A stretch of 64,000 nt of DNA from Flavobacteriales bacterium (GCA_016710965.1 JADJTW010000014.1:44210-108209); one strand, 5' to 3'. Positions 45,742-55,198 are shown, counted from the stretch's first letter. The notes: generated from the letters alone by a model not told the origin. A program made the numbers and translations.

Positions 45742-46531
45742 TCGGCAGGGTGTTCAGGTCCGCGTCAATGAAGCCGATGAGCCGCTTCGTGTCCGCAACG
45801 ATGGCTTCATATTGGCGACGTATGTACACGTTGTTCCCTCGCGCCAGCTTCAGGCCGTTCCGGATGGTGAGGTCGCTCAAGATCGCGGTTGTCTGTGCCA
45901 GCAGCTCGCGCCCGCGCTGCGGAGATACGAGCGTGTCGTTCACCGCCCTCCCCATGCGCGTGCTTTCGTCCAGGTCCTGGAACGGAGCGTACTCCCGGAT
46001 GCCTGCTGTCCGATCATAGAGGTACTCGTGATACTCACGCTCCATGTGCGCGGTGGACGTCACCAGGAGGGCATTGCGCTCTTCGATCCGGAGCAGCAGC
46101 GTCCGGATCGAGTCGTCGCGGATGATGTTGAGATCGCCTGAGTTGGTGAGTTCCTTCAGGGCATTGGTACGTGGGATGTAATTGCGCCAGATGTACACGT
46201 TCCACAGCATGCTGTCCACCTGGAGCAGCCCTTGGATGTTCGTGGGGGGCGCGTGCTTCAGCAAGGCGATCGCCGACGTCACCTTCCTGTTCCGCTCGAT
46301 GATCATATCATCCAGGTTCTCCAGGTCCACCAGCAGGTCCAGCTTCAGGGTCTGCAGATACTTCACTTCCTTCTGCCGGTCCAGCCGGGCCAAGTTCCAC
46401 AGGTTCACCTGCAAGGCCAGCAAGATCCCGATCATCACCAGGAAGATCTCGCCGATGGCGTAGACCAGGTAGCGCGTTAGGCGATTCTCCTTCAGGAGCC
46501 GGTGGCGGATGGTGTTGAAGATGCGGGGCAT
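45500..46531 (-). CDS. DUF6090-like single-pass membrane protein, paralogue 3 (stop apparently lost; about 80 extra codons read into paralogue 2)
   Basis: MPRIFNTIRHRLLKENRLTRYLVYAIGEIFLVMIGILLALQVNLWN. The homologous end (..LIGFIDADLNTLP) falls at about 45745, but the frame stays open to 45500, overlapping paralogue 2 out of frame. Confidence 0.65.
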   Translation of the reverse strand: MPRIFNTIRHRLLKENRLTRYLVYAIGEIFLVMIGILLALQVNLWNLARLDRQKEVKYLQTLKLDLLVDLENLDDMIIERNRKVTSAIALLKHAPPTNIQGLLQVDSMLWNVYIWRNYIPRTNALKELTNSGDLNIIRDDSIRTLLLRIEERNALLVTSTAHMEREYHEYLYDRTAGIREYAPFQDLDESTRMGRAVNDTLVSPQRGRELLAQTTAILSDLTIRNGLKLARGNNVYIRRQYEAIVADTKRLIGFIDADLNTLPNDPLLPNHTPKPAGPGPRHTLLHLCHRRDRAGGDRDLDRLADQQLERESEKGDSGEVNANGTEGQSTCRYQGLSTGLAIV

Positions 46532-46541
46532 GGTCGGTGGA

Positions 46542-47336
46542 TCAGTTCTCCTTCAGTTCGGCATCGATCAGTTCTAGGATCTCCACGATGCTCTTGCGCA
46601 ATGCCTCGCTCTGGCGGTTCGCGAAGAGGCTCGCAGAGACCACCGTGGAGAGGAGGTCCTCCGTCTCCGGCTGGGCGAAGAAGGTTGCAAGGTCAGGGGT
46701 GCGCTTGGAGCGCGCAAGGTCCAGGTTCACCGCGCTCTTCTTGTCGAGCATGATGGTCTGCACCACATCCAGCCCGCTCCATTTGGCGGCATGGATGTTC
46801 CTCATGGGATAGTTCGCCCGAAGGAATGGAGCATAGACGTTGCGGTTGAGGCCGATCCAGGCCACTTCCTCCTCGGTGACTTGGACCAGTTCGCTTGTCC
46901 AGGTGGAGAGCTTGCGCCGCAGGGCCAGGTTGCTGATCAGGTACAGTCTTCCGGAAGTAATCAGGTCGTTGGTCACCGGGTCGAACGTGGGGCTCACCGT
47001 GGTCCGCGCGATGAAGGTCTCCACGGAATCCGGCACGATCATCGTCGGGTCATCGTGGTAGGCCAGCAGTTGCAAGCCCGCACGCATCATGATCTTGCGC
47101 ATGGATATCTTCTCGTCCAGCTGCACCAGGTTCGAGGTGAACTCATCGCGCAATTGTTCCAAGGTCTGGATCTCCGCTTTGCGCTGGTTACGCTCTTCCT
47201 TCAGCAGGTTCAGCTGCAAGGCGATGAGGATGCCGATCACCACCAGCACGATCTCGCCGATGGCGTAGACCAGGTAGCGCGTGAAGCGGTTCTGTGCAAG
47301 CAGCTGTTGGCGAATGCTGTTGAATATGCGAGGCAT
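46542..47336 (-). CDS. DUF6090-like single-pass membrane protein, paralogue 4
   Basis: Start MPRIFNSIRQQLLAQNRFTRYLVYAIGEIVLVVIGILIALQLNLLKE (ATG complement 47334-47336), 264 aa. It ends 10 nt before the paralogue 3 start. Confidence 0.75.
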   Translation of the reverse strand: MPRIFNSIRQQLLAQNRFTRYLVYAIGEIVLVVIGILIALQLNLLKEERNQRKAEIQTLEQLRDEFTSNLVQLDEKISMRKIMMRAGLQLLAYHDDPTMIVPDSVETFIARTTVSPTFDPVTNDLITSGRLYLISNLALRRKLSTWTSELVQVTEEEVAWIGLNRNVYAPFLRANYPMRNIHAAKWSGLDVVQTIMLDKKSAVNLDLARSKRTPDLATFFAQPETEDLLSTVVSASLFANRQSEALRKSIVEILELIDAELKEN

Positions 47337-47492
47337 GTGCGGTGGTAGGCCGACGAATGTCGGTAAAGGGTTCCACCCATCGGGTCGGTCTTCGCTCTTG
47401 TTGGCGGTTCCATGGCCCACTCGAACGCGTGAGGCCCCTTGTGATGACCCACTTGATCCTCGCGTATCTTGATCGTCGAATGATCATCGCAC

Positions 47493-48836
47493 ATGGCCAA
47501 CTCACCCAAGGTCATCATCAAGGAGAACGGTCGCTCAGGCACGATCGACTATCACGACGGCACGAACGCACTCTCCTTCCCTTGGGAATTCGGCGGCGGT
47601 GATACGGTAGCCATCGTGCAATGCGGGGGTGTGCAGCGCTGGGAGAAGCATCCCTGGGCGATCCCACATCGGTCGACGATCTTACGCTTCGTGGCCGAGG
47701 AAGTGATCCGGCAGAAGGCGCCGAACTGCCGCGCGGAGATGAACGAGACGACGGGTGAGATCCTGCTGAGGCAAGTCACGCCGCTATCGCCACCGCACGG
47801 GGCTGCGAACGTCTCCTTCGTGCGTCGCTTCACGGCATTGAAGGCCAAGCTCGGCATCTTCGTGCTCATCGTTGCTCTGCTCTTCGGCGGCGTGATCTGG
47901 TTGAAGGACAAGCTCTTCTCCATCAACCCCGGCAAGGGCACGGCCGTAGGCTACTCGGTGCGAACCGACAAGTACATCGCGACGCTCATTCAAACACTGG
48001 AGGCCTATACGCCTTCGCCCAACCGCAACCACGGCAACGACACGTACCGCTTCAGCATCTTCCTGGTGCCCTTGGATGGTTCGGCCACGAAGCTGGTCCC
48101 GATCGGTGCCGGGTTCTCCTCCTCCGCCATGAGCCTGGCGAAGATCCTCGGCAGCGATGGCAGCACGCTCTGGTTCGATGTGCAGGGCATCGGCGGTGTG
48201 GACCTGAAGACCTTCGAGCTGCTCAAGCCGAGCGCGGTGCGCGACCCCTACGTTCCGCAGCCAGCATCGCCCTTCGCGCCATCGGTGGGTGAATACCTGA
48301 GCGCGGGATATCATACAGGTCCGGGTAGTTGGCTGGGCCTTCACTCCGCTGCGGAGATCGAGGGCGAATTCGCGCCGAAGAAGTTCGTACGGCGCGTTGT
48401 GCGGCAGGAGGAAGCGAAGCAGTTGCGACGCTTCCACCATGGCACGTTGGACGCTCCTGTTGACGACAAGTACCACCGCATCCTCTCCCTGACGCCGATC
48501 GGCGACACCGAATACCTGAACGCCGCATTCCTGCGCATGGACGACGCTTCGGAGCCACTACGCATGACCGACCCCGACGGCGCATTGATGATCTACACCT
48601 CGGAGCCCGGTCTGAAAGGAAGGTTGATGGTGGCTCGCGTGGACACCGATGGCCGCATCATCTGGAAGGTGGATACCGGCATCGACCGCTTCAAGCTCGC
48701 GCAGGTCCTGCCGGGCAAGGACTCGTTCGCATTTGTGGGCACACGGCCGCGCGAAGAAGGCAAGGTGCCCGAGCCGCTGCTGGTGATCGTGGAGAATGCC
48801 ACTGGCAGGATCGCTTCACATTCGCTGTGGCGCTGA
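47493..48836 (+). CDS. Hypothetical bitopic protein (cytoplasmic N-domain, one TM helix, ~300-aa external domain)
   Basis: 447 aa. TM helix LGIFVLIVALLFGGVIWL near residue 130. No motif recognised with confidence. Divergent from the DUF6090-like array. Confidence 0.6.
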   Translation: MANSPKVIIKENGRSGTIDYHDGTNALSFPWEFGGGDTVAIVQCGGVQRWEKHPWAIPHRSTILRFVAEEVIRQKAPNCRAEMNETTGEILLRQVTPLSPPHGAANVSFVRRFTALKAKLGIFVLIVALLFGGVIWLKDKLFSINPGKGTAVGYSVRTDKYIATLIQTLEAYTPSPNRNHGNDTYRFSIFLVPLDGSATKLVPIGAGFSSSAMSLAKILGSDGSTLWFDVQGIGGVDLKTFELLKPSAVRDPYVPQPASPFAPSVGEYLSAGYHTGPGSWLGLHSAAEIEGEFAPKKFVRRVVRQEEAKQLRRFHHGTLDAPVDDKYHRILSLTPIGDTEYLNAAFLRMDDASEPLRMTDPDGALMIYTSEPGLKGRLMVARVDTDGRIIWKVDTGIDRFKLAQVLPGKDSFAFVGTRPREEGKVPEPLLVIVENATGRIASHSLWR

Positions 48837-48864
48837 AGTTCGGTCCGCTCGCTAGGTTCGCCGC

Positions 48865-50091
48865 GTGAGCGCCCTCGCCAAGGCCTATCGCTACTACATC
48901 AGCTCCTTCTCCGGTTTCAACCGCGAGATCTGGCTGCTCACGCTGGTCACCTTCGTGAACCGCGCCGGCACCATGGTGGTGCCCTTCCTCTCGCTCTACC
49001 TCACCAAGGACATGGGCCTTACCCTGGAGGAGGTAGGCTGGATCATGAGCTGCTTCGGCGCGGGCTCCGTGGTGGGCTCGTGGCTCGGTGGCAAGCTCAC
49101 GGACAAGCTCGGCTTCTACGATGTGATGGTGGGCGCGCTGGTCACCTCCGCCTGCGCCTTCATCGGCCTGCGCTACCTGCACGGGTTCTGGCCCTTCGCG
49201 GTCGGCGTGTTCGTGCTCATGGTGTTCAGTGATGCTTACCGCCCGGCCATGTTCGTCGCCATCCGCAGCTATGCCACGCCCGAGCAACGTACGCGTGCCG
49301 TCACGCTCATCCGCCTGGCCATCAACCTCGGCTTCAGTTTGGGCCCTGCCATCGGCGGCTTCATCATCATCACGTGGAGCTACGGTGGGCTCTTCTGGGT
49401 GGATGCCCTCACCTGCCTCGCGGCAGCAGGCCTCCTGTCGCTGGGCCTGCCGCGCGCGCAAGCCCATGCAAGCAACAGCAAGGCGCGTTCCGGCGCTATC
49501 GGTTCTCCATACCGCGATAAGCCCTACCTCTTCTTCCTGCTCGTCGTCACGCTCATCAGCATCCCCTTCCTTCAGTACTTCAGCACGGTACCGCTCTTCT
49601 ACAGCCATGCGCACGGCCTCAGCGAGGAGTACATCGGCATCCTTCTCGGCGCGAACGGCCTCATCATCTTCCTGGTGGAGATGCCTTTGGTGAAGTATTG
49701 CGAGGAGCGCCGCTATGGCCTTCACGCCATCCTGCGCTTCAGCGTGCTGCTCTTCGCGGCCAGCTTCGCGGTGCTCAACCTCTTCCCCACCATCGGCTTC
49801 CTCTGGGTGGGCATGGCCCTGATGACCGTGGGCGAGATGCTCAACTTCCCCTTCATGAACCGATTCGCCTTCGATCGTGCGGAACGTGGTGCCACAGGTG
49901 CGTACATGGGCCTGTTCACCATCAGTTGGAGCGTGGCGCACATCATCGGGCATACGCTTGGCCTCAACCTCGTTGATGCCTTCGACTTCACGGCCACCTG
50001 GTGGGTGTTCACCGGCGTGCTGCTGGGCACCGTTGGCATGCTGTACCTGTTGGAACGCATGCTGAAGCGTGAAGCGGCCTTGCGCAACTAA
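48865..50091 (+). CDS. MFS transporter
   Basis: 408 aa with about 12 helices. The N-terminal region FVNRAGTMVVPFLSLYLTKDMGL and overall layout are typical of the major facilitator superfamily. Confidence 0.85.
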   Translation: MSALAKAYRYYISSFSGFNREIWLLTLVTFVNRAGTMVVPFLSLYLTKDMGLTLEEVGWIMSCFGAGSVVGSWLGGKLTDKLGFYDVMVGALVTSACAFIGLRYLHGFWPFAVGVFVLMVFSDAYRPAMFVAIRSYATPEQRTRAVTLIRLAINLGFSLGPAIGGFIIITWSYGGLFWVDALTCLAAAGLLSLGLPRAQAHASNSKARSGAIGSPYRDKPYLFFLLVVTLISIPFLQYFSTVPLFYSHAHGLSEEYIGILLGANGLIIFLVEMPLVKYCEERRYGLHAILRFSVLLFAASFAVLNLFPTIGFLWVGMALMTVGEMLNFPFMNRFAFDRAERGATGAYMGLFTISWSVAHIIGHTLGLNLVDAFDFTATWWVFTGVLLGTVGMLYLLERMLKREAALRN

Positions 50092-50139
50092 CGCGCTTCG
50101 CGAAGATCACCGACCTTCGGTTCTCAACCCATAAGCGCG

Positions 50140-51257
50140 ATGCTATCCAAGGTCCTGCTCACCTGTGCCCTCGCAAGTGCGATCCTTCCCGCCTTCGCCC
50201 AATCGCCGCCCTGGGAGCGCCCGCTCATGCACGCGTGGAGCAGCGACGGCATCACCTTCAGCACGCCCACCATCTTCCAGGATTCATCCGGCGTGCCTTC
50301 CGTGATCCGCTGGAACGAGGACACGCTCATCTGCGCCTTCCAATTGTTCCGCCAGCCCATGGGTTCGCCCTCCTGGGACCGTGTGGCCGTCAAATTCTCG
50401 TACGACAACGGTGCTTCGTGGACCGCGCCAACGCCCATCGTGCTCGGCGATCGCCCAACGGCTACCAGCGCCCCTTCGATCCCACTCTCGTGAAACTCGG
50501 CGGTGACAGCCTGCGCATCTACTTCTCCTCCAGTGAAGTACCGCCCACGGGTGGCCTCGATGCCACGGTGAACACTTACTCCGCCGTGGGCACCGATGGC
50601 GTCAACTGGACCTTCGAGCCCGGCGCGCGCGTAGACCATGCCACCCTGCCCATCATCGACCCCGCCGTTATCCGCTTCGGCCCTGGCTGGCACTATTCCG
50701 CTCCGAAAGGCGCGCCGCAGGATGGCGCTCATCATTACCTCTCGCCCAATGGCATCGACTTCAACCAGGTGCCCGACATCCCCAGCGACCCCCTGCACAA
50801 CTGGACCGGCAACTTCATGATCGAGAGCCCCACGGAGCTGCGCTTCTACGGCGGTGGCGCCAACGGCATCTGGTACAACCACTCGCCCAACGGCGGCCAG
50901 TGGAACGGCTACGTGAGCACCAATTTGCAGGGCGGCGATCCCAGCGCGCTGAAGGTGGCGCCGGGCAACTACTTGATCGTGTACGTGGGGCAGCCCTACA
51001 CCCTGGGTGTCGCTGATGCGCAGAGCGATCAAGGCCTGCGCGTATATCCGGTGCCCGCTGCCGATCGCGTTCGTATCGAATGGCCGGGGCATGCGATCAC
51101 CAGTTGCACCGTGCATGCGTTGGATGGAACGTTGGCGGGGAATGCGGTCGTCGACGATGGAAGCATCGATCTCGAGGGCCTGCCGAGCGATGCCTACCTG
51201 TTGCGCGTTCGCGACCGCGATGGCAGGAGCGCCCAGGTGCGGGTGGTGAAGGAATAG
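50140..51257 (+). pseudogene. BNR/Asp-box (sialidase-like beta-propeller) protein with T9SS tail, interrupted by a frameshift near 50452-50456
   Basis: Frame 1 (50140-50493): signal MLSKVLLTCALASAILPAFAQ and Asp-boxes SSDGITFS and SYDNGASWT, ending ...PIVLGD. Frame 0 continues PNGYQRPFDPTLVKLGGDSLRIYFSS ... GTDGVNWT ... and ends in a T9SS tail LRVYPVPAADRVRIEW...AYLLRVRDRDGRSAQVRVVKE. Only 2 nt (CG, 50452-50453) separate GAT (D) from CCC (P). Confidence 0.7.
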
Positions 51258-51338
51258 CGATGTTGGACCGCACAGGACGATCATCTCCGAGCTACGTGAA
51301 CAGAAGGAGCATGGCCAAACGTTCACGAGCATGCACCG

Positions 51339-52175
51339 ATGGTCTCCGCGCCTGAACCCCGACCGATGATGCGTGTACTGCGGAGCATGCGCTCGCCGCT
51401 CTTGATGCTCGCCGTTCTGCTGACGATCCACGCGCCGGCCTCGCTAACGGATCCTCGCTGTACGCGAAACGCTCAGCACCGAGCCATGAGGCACGTTCTC
51501 CTGCTGCCCACCGTCATGTTGGCCGGATGCACGAGCCTGACAGACACGTCGATCGCACAAGACGCCCCTTGTGAAGCCGTGCCCGCCGCCTTCGTGGAGC
51601 ACGTAAGCCTTGTGCTCTCCGACACCACCGGCCGCTTCTTCAACGACTACCCCATGCCCACGCCGCTCACCTGCGAACTGCTGGCGATGATGCAGGAAGC
51701 ACTGAAGGACGACAGCGTGCGCTACCACTTCGAGCACCTGCATCAGCGCTTCGGTGACCCGAGGGCGAACGCCGCGTTCACCTACATCAAGCGGCATGTC
51801 CATTTCCAACTGGCCATGGCGCTGGCCACGCATTGGAACCCCGATACACGGATCGAAGCGATCAGGGCCGTGCATGAATACCGCCGCATCCGGCCGATGG
51901 TGTGCGCCACCAAGGAGCACTACGCGCAACTGGAGGAGCAGGACCGTGCCGCCGTGCGCTACTTCATCCGCGTACTGCAAACCACGCCGTTATTCATCGC
52001 TGGCAGCGAGAACTCCACGATCCATGGGGTCTATATCATGGAGGTCATGCGTACGCTGGACCTCTTCACAGGACAAACACACAACCCGCATGGCGATATG
52101 CGCCGTGCGTTGGACATGCCCGATCCACGTTTTCAACAAGCCCTGGTCGATTGGCGCAACTGGCTCGGGCAATGA
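51339..52175 (+). CDS. Hypothetical protein (possible lipoprotein)
   Basis: 278-aa ORF. The alternative start MRHVLLLPTVMLAGCTS at 51486 gives a lipobox-like LAGC. No family recognised. Confidence 0.55.
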   Translation: MVSAPEPRPMMRVLRSMRSPLLMLAVLLTIHAPASLTDPRCTRNAQHRAMRHVLLLPTVMLAGCTSLTDTSIAQDAPCEAVPAAFVEHVSLVLSDTTGRFFNDYPMPTPLTCELLAMMQEALKDDSVRYHFEHLHQRFGDPRANAAFTYIKRHVHFQLAMALATHWNPDTRIEAIRAVHEYRRIRPMVCATKEHYAQLEEQDRAAVRYFIRVLQTTPLFIAGSENSTIHGVYIMEVMRTLDLFTGQTHNPHGDMRRALDMPDPRFQQALVDWRNWLGQ

Positions 52176-52669
52176 GGCTCTTGTTGCTCTGCCTGCTCTT
52201 GTTCCCATTGGCCGCTCCAGCCCAGGATGCGAAGCGTTTCCAGCGTGCCCTCAACTCCGGCAACGAACGCACCCTGGACCGATGGATGAAGCACGAGATC
52301 CACCGCGTGCGCAAGGGACAACTGGTCACGGCTTCTTCCGGCAGCTACACGGTACATCACAGCATGCATGACAACCTCGTCGATTTCCTACGCCGGCAAC
52401 CCGGTGTGGAGGATGCCGCGTGGGACAAGTGCGTGAACAAGATCCTGCTATGGCCTGGCCACAGTACGATCGGCATGCGCTGGCGTGCAGGTGATGTGCT
52501 CCGCGAGCGATGCTGGACCGTGCAGGAAGGCAGACCCGGCACCATCAAGATCTTCGGCTGGCACGCGCGCCTGCGCAAGAGCCGTGAGCAGCTGAAGTAC
52601 ACAAGTGCGCGGAGGTGCGAGGGATTCGTGGAGGAGCAGAAGAGGTTGTGCGTGAAGCGCGCACCCTGA
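52172..52669 (+). CDS. Hypothetical secreted protein
   Basis: Start MRLLLLCLLLFPLAAPAQ at 52172, with an ATGA overlap with the preceding stop. 165 aa. Confidence 0.55.
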   Translation: MRLLLLCLLLFPLAAPAQDAKRFQRALNSGNERTLDRWMKHEIHRVRKGQLVTASSGSYTVHHSMHDNLVDFLRRQPGVEDAAWDKCVNKILLWPGHSTIGMRWRAGDVLRERCWTVQEGRPGTIKIFGWHARLRKSREQLKYTSARRCEGFVEEQKRLCVKRAP

Positions 52670-52684
52670 GCCATCCATGAACGG

Positions 52685-52716
52685 ATAGGGCCTCCACGCG
52701 ATGCGGGAGGCCCTAT
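52685..52716. terminator. Candidate bidirectional stem-loop terminator
   Basis: Perfect 11-bp stem ATAGGGCCTCC (52685-52695) / GGAGGCCCTAT (52706-52716) with a 10-nt loop, between convergent genes ending at 52669 and 52732. Confidence 0.55.
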
Positions 52717-52731
52717 ACCCTCATCGGGTGC

Positions 52732-53553
52732 TCAGCCCTTCACCGCTTCGACCACCCAAGCGCTCAGCGGCACCTGCAATTCCGCGAAGCCGAACTCCGC
52801 AGCGAGATTGGCGGCGAGCATCTCGCGCATGGCGGGCAGCGCATAGGGGTCGCGATCCATGATGGCGGTGTGGATGGGCGAGCCTTCAAGCAGGCCGCGC
52901 GCTGCAGCAATGGCCGTAGCGGCATGGCCCGTGAGCGCGGCCAGGCCCATCTTGATCCGCTCGAAGCCGGATTCCAGCACCTCCTCACGGATCAGCTCGC
53001 GATCATGGTAGGCGAAGGGCACGGTATAGAAGGCTGGCGTATCCAAGGGGAAGAACTCGGAGACCACACGCTGCGTGATACGCGCGGCCGGGTTCGCCTC
53101 CAACCTCCCCCACGATGTGATGAGCAGGCGACCGCCTGGCTTCAGCACGCGCAACGCTTCGCGATAGGCCTCCACGCGGTCGCTGTAGAACATCACGCCG
53201 AACTGCGCCACCACCAGGTCGAAGCTCGCATCGGGGTACGGAAGGGCGACGGCATCCACGGTGTTCCATTCCACGCGCGGGTCGGCGATGGCACGCTGCG
53301 CGAAGAGCAGCATGGCGGGATTCACGTCGGTGGCCACGATGCGCGCAGCGGGATCCAGGCGATGGGTGATATGGCGCGTGAGGCGGCCGGTGCCGCAGGC
53401 GAGCTCCAGTACGTTGGCTGGTGCCAGTTCCGCGATGCGCTCGCCCAGGTGCTGTGCGAAGGGTTCGAAGAACAGGGGTCCCAAGCCGCTGTCGTAGTGC
53501 TGGGGGATGCTGCCTGAGAAGGCAGTGTTCACGGGGGCTTTCAACGTCTGCAT
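52732..53553 (-). CDS. Class I SAM-dependent methyltransferase
   Basis: Start MQTLKAPVNTAFSG (complement 53553). SAM motif I VLELACGTGRLTRHI and post-I DVNPAML. Confidence 0.8.
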   Translation of the reverse strand: MQTLKAPVNTAFSGSIPQHYDSGLGPLFFEPFAQHLGERIAELAPANVLELACGTGRLTRHITHRLDPAARIVATDVNPAMLLFAQRAIADPRVEWNTVDAVALPYPDASFDLVVAQFGVMFYSDRVEAYREALRVLKPGGRLLITSWGRLEANPAARITQRVVSEFFPLDTPAFYTVPFAYHDRELIREEVLESGFERIKMGLAALTGHAATAIAAARGLLEGSPIHTAIMDRDPYALPAMREMLAANLAAEFGFAELQVPLSAWVVEAVKG

Positions 53554-53639
53554 GAGTGTGTGTTGTTTGTGGGGACAAAAGTCCCGGCACATGAGCGGGC
53601 GGTGTTTTTCCGCCCGGCTCAACGATCGTGCTCAGCGGC

Positions 53640-54503
53640 TCAGTGCGCCAGAACGCCGCGCAGCGATGCGGGTGTCGCGCCGAATTCCTCCTTGAAGGCG
53701 CGGCTAAAGTGCGATAGGTTCTCGAAGCCGCACTGGAAGGCCACCTCGCTTACCTGCAGATCGCCCTTAGCCAGCAGGGCGCGCGCGCGTTCCAAACGGC
53801 GGTGGCGTATCCACCGGCCCGGCGGCATGCCGAAGAGCTCCTGCACGTCGCGCTTGAAGGCGGCGAGGCTGCGGCCGCTGAGCCGTGCCAAGTCCTCCAG
53901 TTCCAGGTTGTAGCTGTAGTTGTCCTCCATCACGCGACGCACGCGCTCCAGCACGGGCGCATTCAGCAAAGAGCAGAAGTAAGCGAGCAGGTCAGCGTTC
54001 TCCGGATCGTTCACCACGGAAAGCAGCAGTTCGCGGAACTTCAGGCGCACCAATTCGGGTTGCGCGGCGCGCGGCTCCTGGAAATGAGCCAGCATGCCTT
54101 GGAAGAATGCCTGGAGCACCCGGCCGGTGTTCACACGGACCACATTCGGAACCGCGCGTTGCTCCTTGTCGCGTTCGAAACCGATCGACCGCAAGGTCTC
54201 GCAGATGAATTCGTCGCTCACGAAGAAGAGCACCACGCACGAAGGATGATCCAGGTATTGCTGAAGCAGCGTGGCTCCCTTGCGCACGAAGGCCGTTTCA
54301 CCCGCGTGCAGCAGCACTTCCTCCTCCAGGCTGTACCAGCCCTTGCGCCCCTCGAGCATGTGAACGAAGAAGTTCTCGTGGCTCCACAGGTCCTCCAGCG
54401 GCCGCTCCAATGGGCAATTGAATTCCGTGAGCAGCTGGTCGTCGCAGCTCAGCTGGCGGAAGACCACGGTATCGCTCTGGACCTTGTCGAGGATGTTGAA
54501 CAT
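53640..54503 (-). CDS. AraC-family transcriptional regulator
   Basis: Start MFNILDKVQSDTVVFRQL (complement 54503; the 457-aa ORF is an upstream extension). C-terminal double HTH ...LARLSGRSLAAFKRDVQELFGMPPGRWIRHRRLERARALL...VSEVAFQCGFENLSHFSRAFKEEFGATP. Confidence 0.85.
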   Translation of the reverse strand: MFNILDKVQSDTVVFRQLSCDDQLLTEFNCPLERPLEDLWSHENFFVHMLEGRKGWYSLEEEVLLHAGETAFVRKGATLLQQYLDHPSCVVLFFVSDEFICETLRSIGFERDKEQRAVPNVVRVNTGRVLQAFFQGMLAHFQEPRAAQPELVRLKFRELLLSVVNDPENADLLAYFCSLLNAPVLERVRRVMEDNYSYNLELEDLARLSGRSLAAFKRDVQELFGMPPGRWIRHRRLERARALLAKGDLQVSEVAFQCGFENLSHFSRAFKEEFGATPASLRGVLAH

Positions 54504-54637
54504 GGCGCTGGGGCGTAGGCGGACGTACCGGCGTTGCGTGATCGCGAAATTAGATGCGCTGCGCGGATCCCACATCCCCGCGCTCCGCTGCGCCGTTCGA
54601 ATCCTTCGCCCCCTGCGGGACACCGACGCCTGGCCGA

Positions 54638-55198
54638 TCAGCGTAACGGCAGGACCTCTCCTTCCTTCACCTGCGCCACCTTCACCACCGCGAGCAAGCG
54701 TGTATCGGCATCGTACTGAACACGGACGCTCGTAAGCCAGACCGCACCATCGCGCTCCGTGCGCAGGACGAAGACCTGGCTTGAGATCTCGGGCATCACA
54801 ACAAGGGGTGTTCCGCCGCGCCCGCCGTAGCCCCAATGCACCACCGGGACCATGCCATGGCCCCACATCAGTTGCTGCGCGCGGATGCCTTTCTCCAATT
54901 CCTCCGGAGTGAGTTCCTGTTCCACGGTGAAGGCGCGCACATCGCGCGGGCCGTGGTAGTTGGCGGCGTGCAGTAAGGTGGTGCCCGCCAGGCATTGCAC
55001 ACCCCGGGTGCATGTGCCGTTGCTGCTCGGCTCATCATCCGTGCCTTCAGAGGTGCCACGTATGCTGATGTCATGGATCCCGTCGCCGTTCACGTCCAGC
55101 CAGCCTTCCGTAGGGAACCGGCACGGGTCCACATCACCCGGTTGGGCGCGGAGCAGCACGCTCAGTGCGACACCGAAGAACAAGAGCGCGGTCCTCAT
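54638..55198 (-). CDS. Hypothetical secreted protein
   Basis: 186 aa. Signal MRTALLFFGVALSVLLRAQ. Overlaps the upstream ORF's stop by 4 nt. Confidence 0.55.
   Translation of the reverse strand: MRTALLFFGVALSVLLRAQPGDVDPCRFPTEGWLDVNGDGIHDISIRGTSEGTDDEPSSNGTCTRGVQCLAGTTLLHAANYHGPRDVRAFTVEQELTPEELEKGIRAQQLMWGHGMVPVVHWGYGGRGGTPLVVMPEISSQVFVLRTERDGAVWLTSVRVQYDADTRLLAVVKVAQVKEGEVLPLR

Noticed and set aside
54504-55013. 170-aa upstream extension of the AraC gene ORF (53640..55013).
   Set aside because: It overlaps the secreted-protein ORF 54638..55198 in another frame and is Arg/Gly-rich. The AraC-type N-terminal domain begins convincingly at MFNILDKV (54503).
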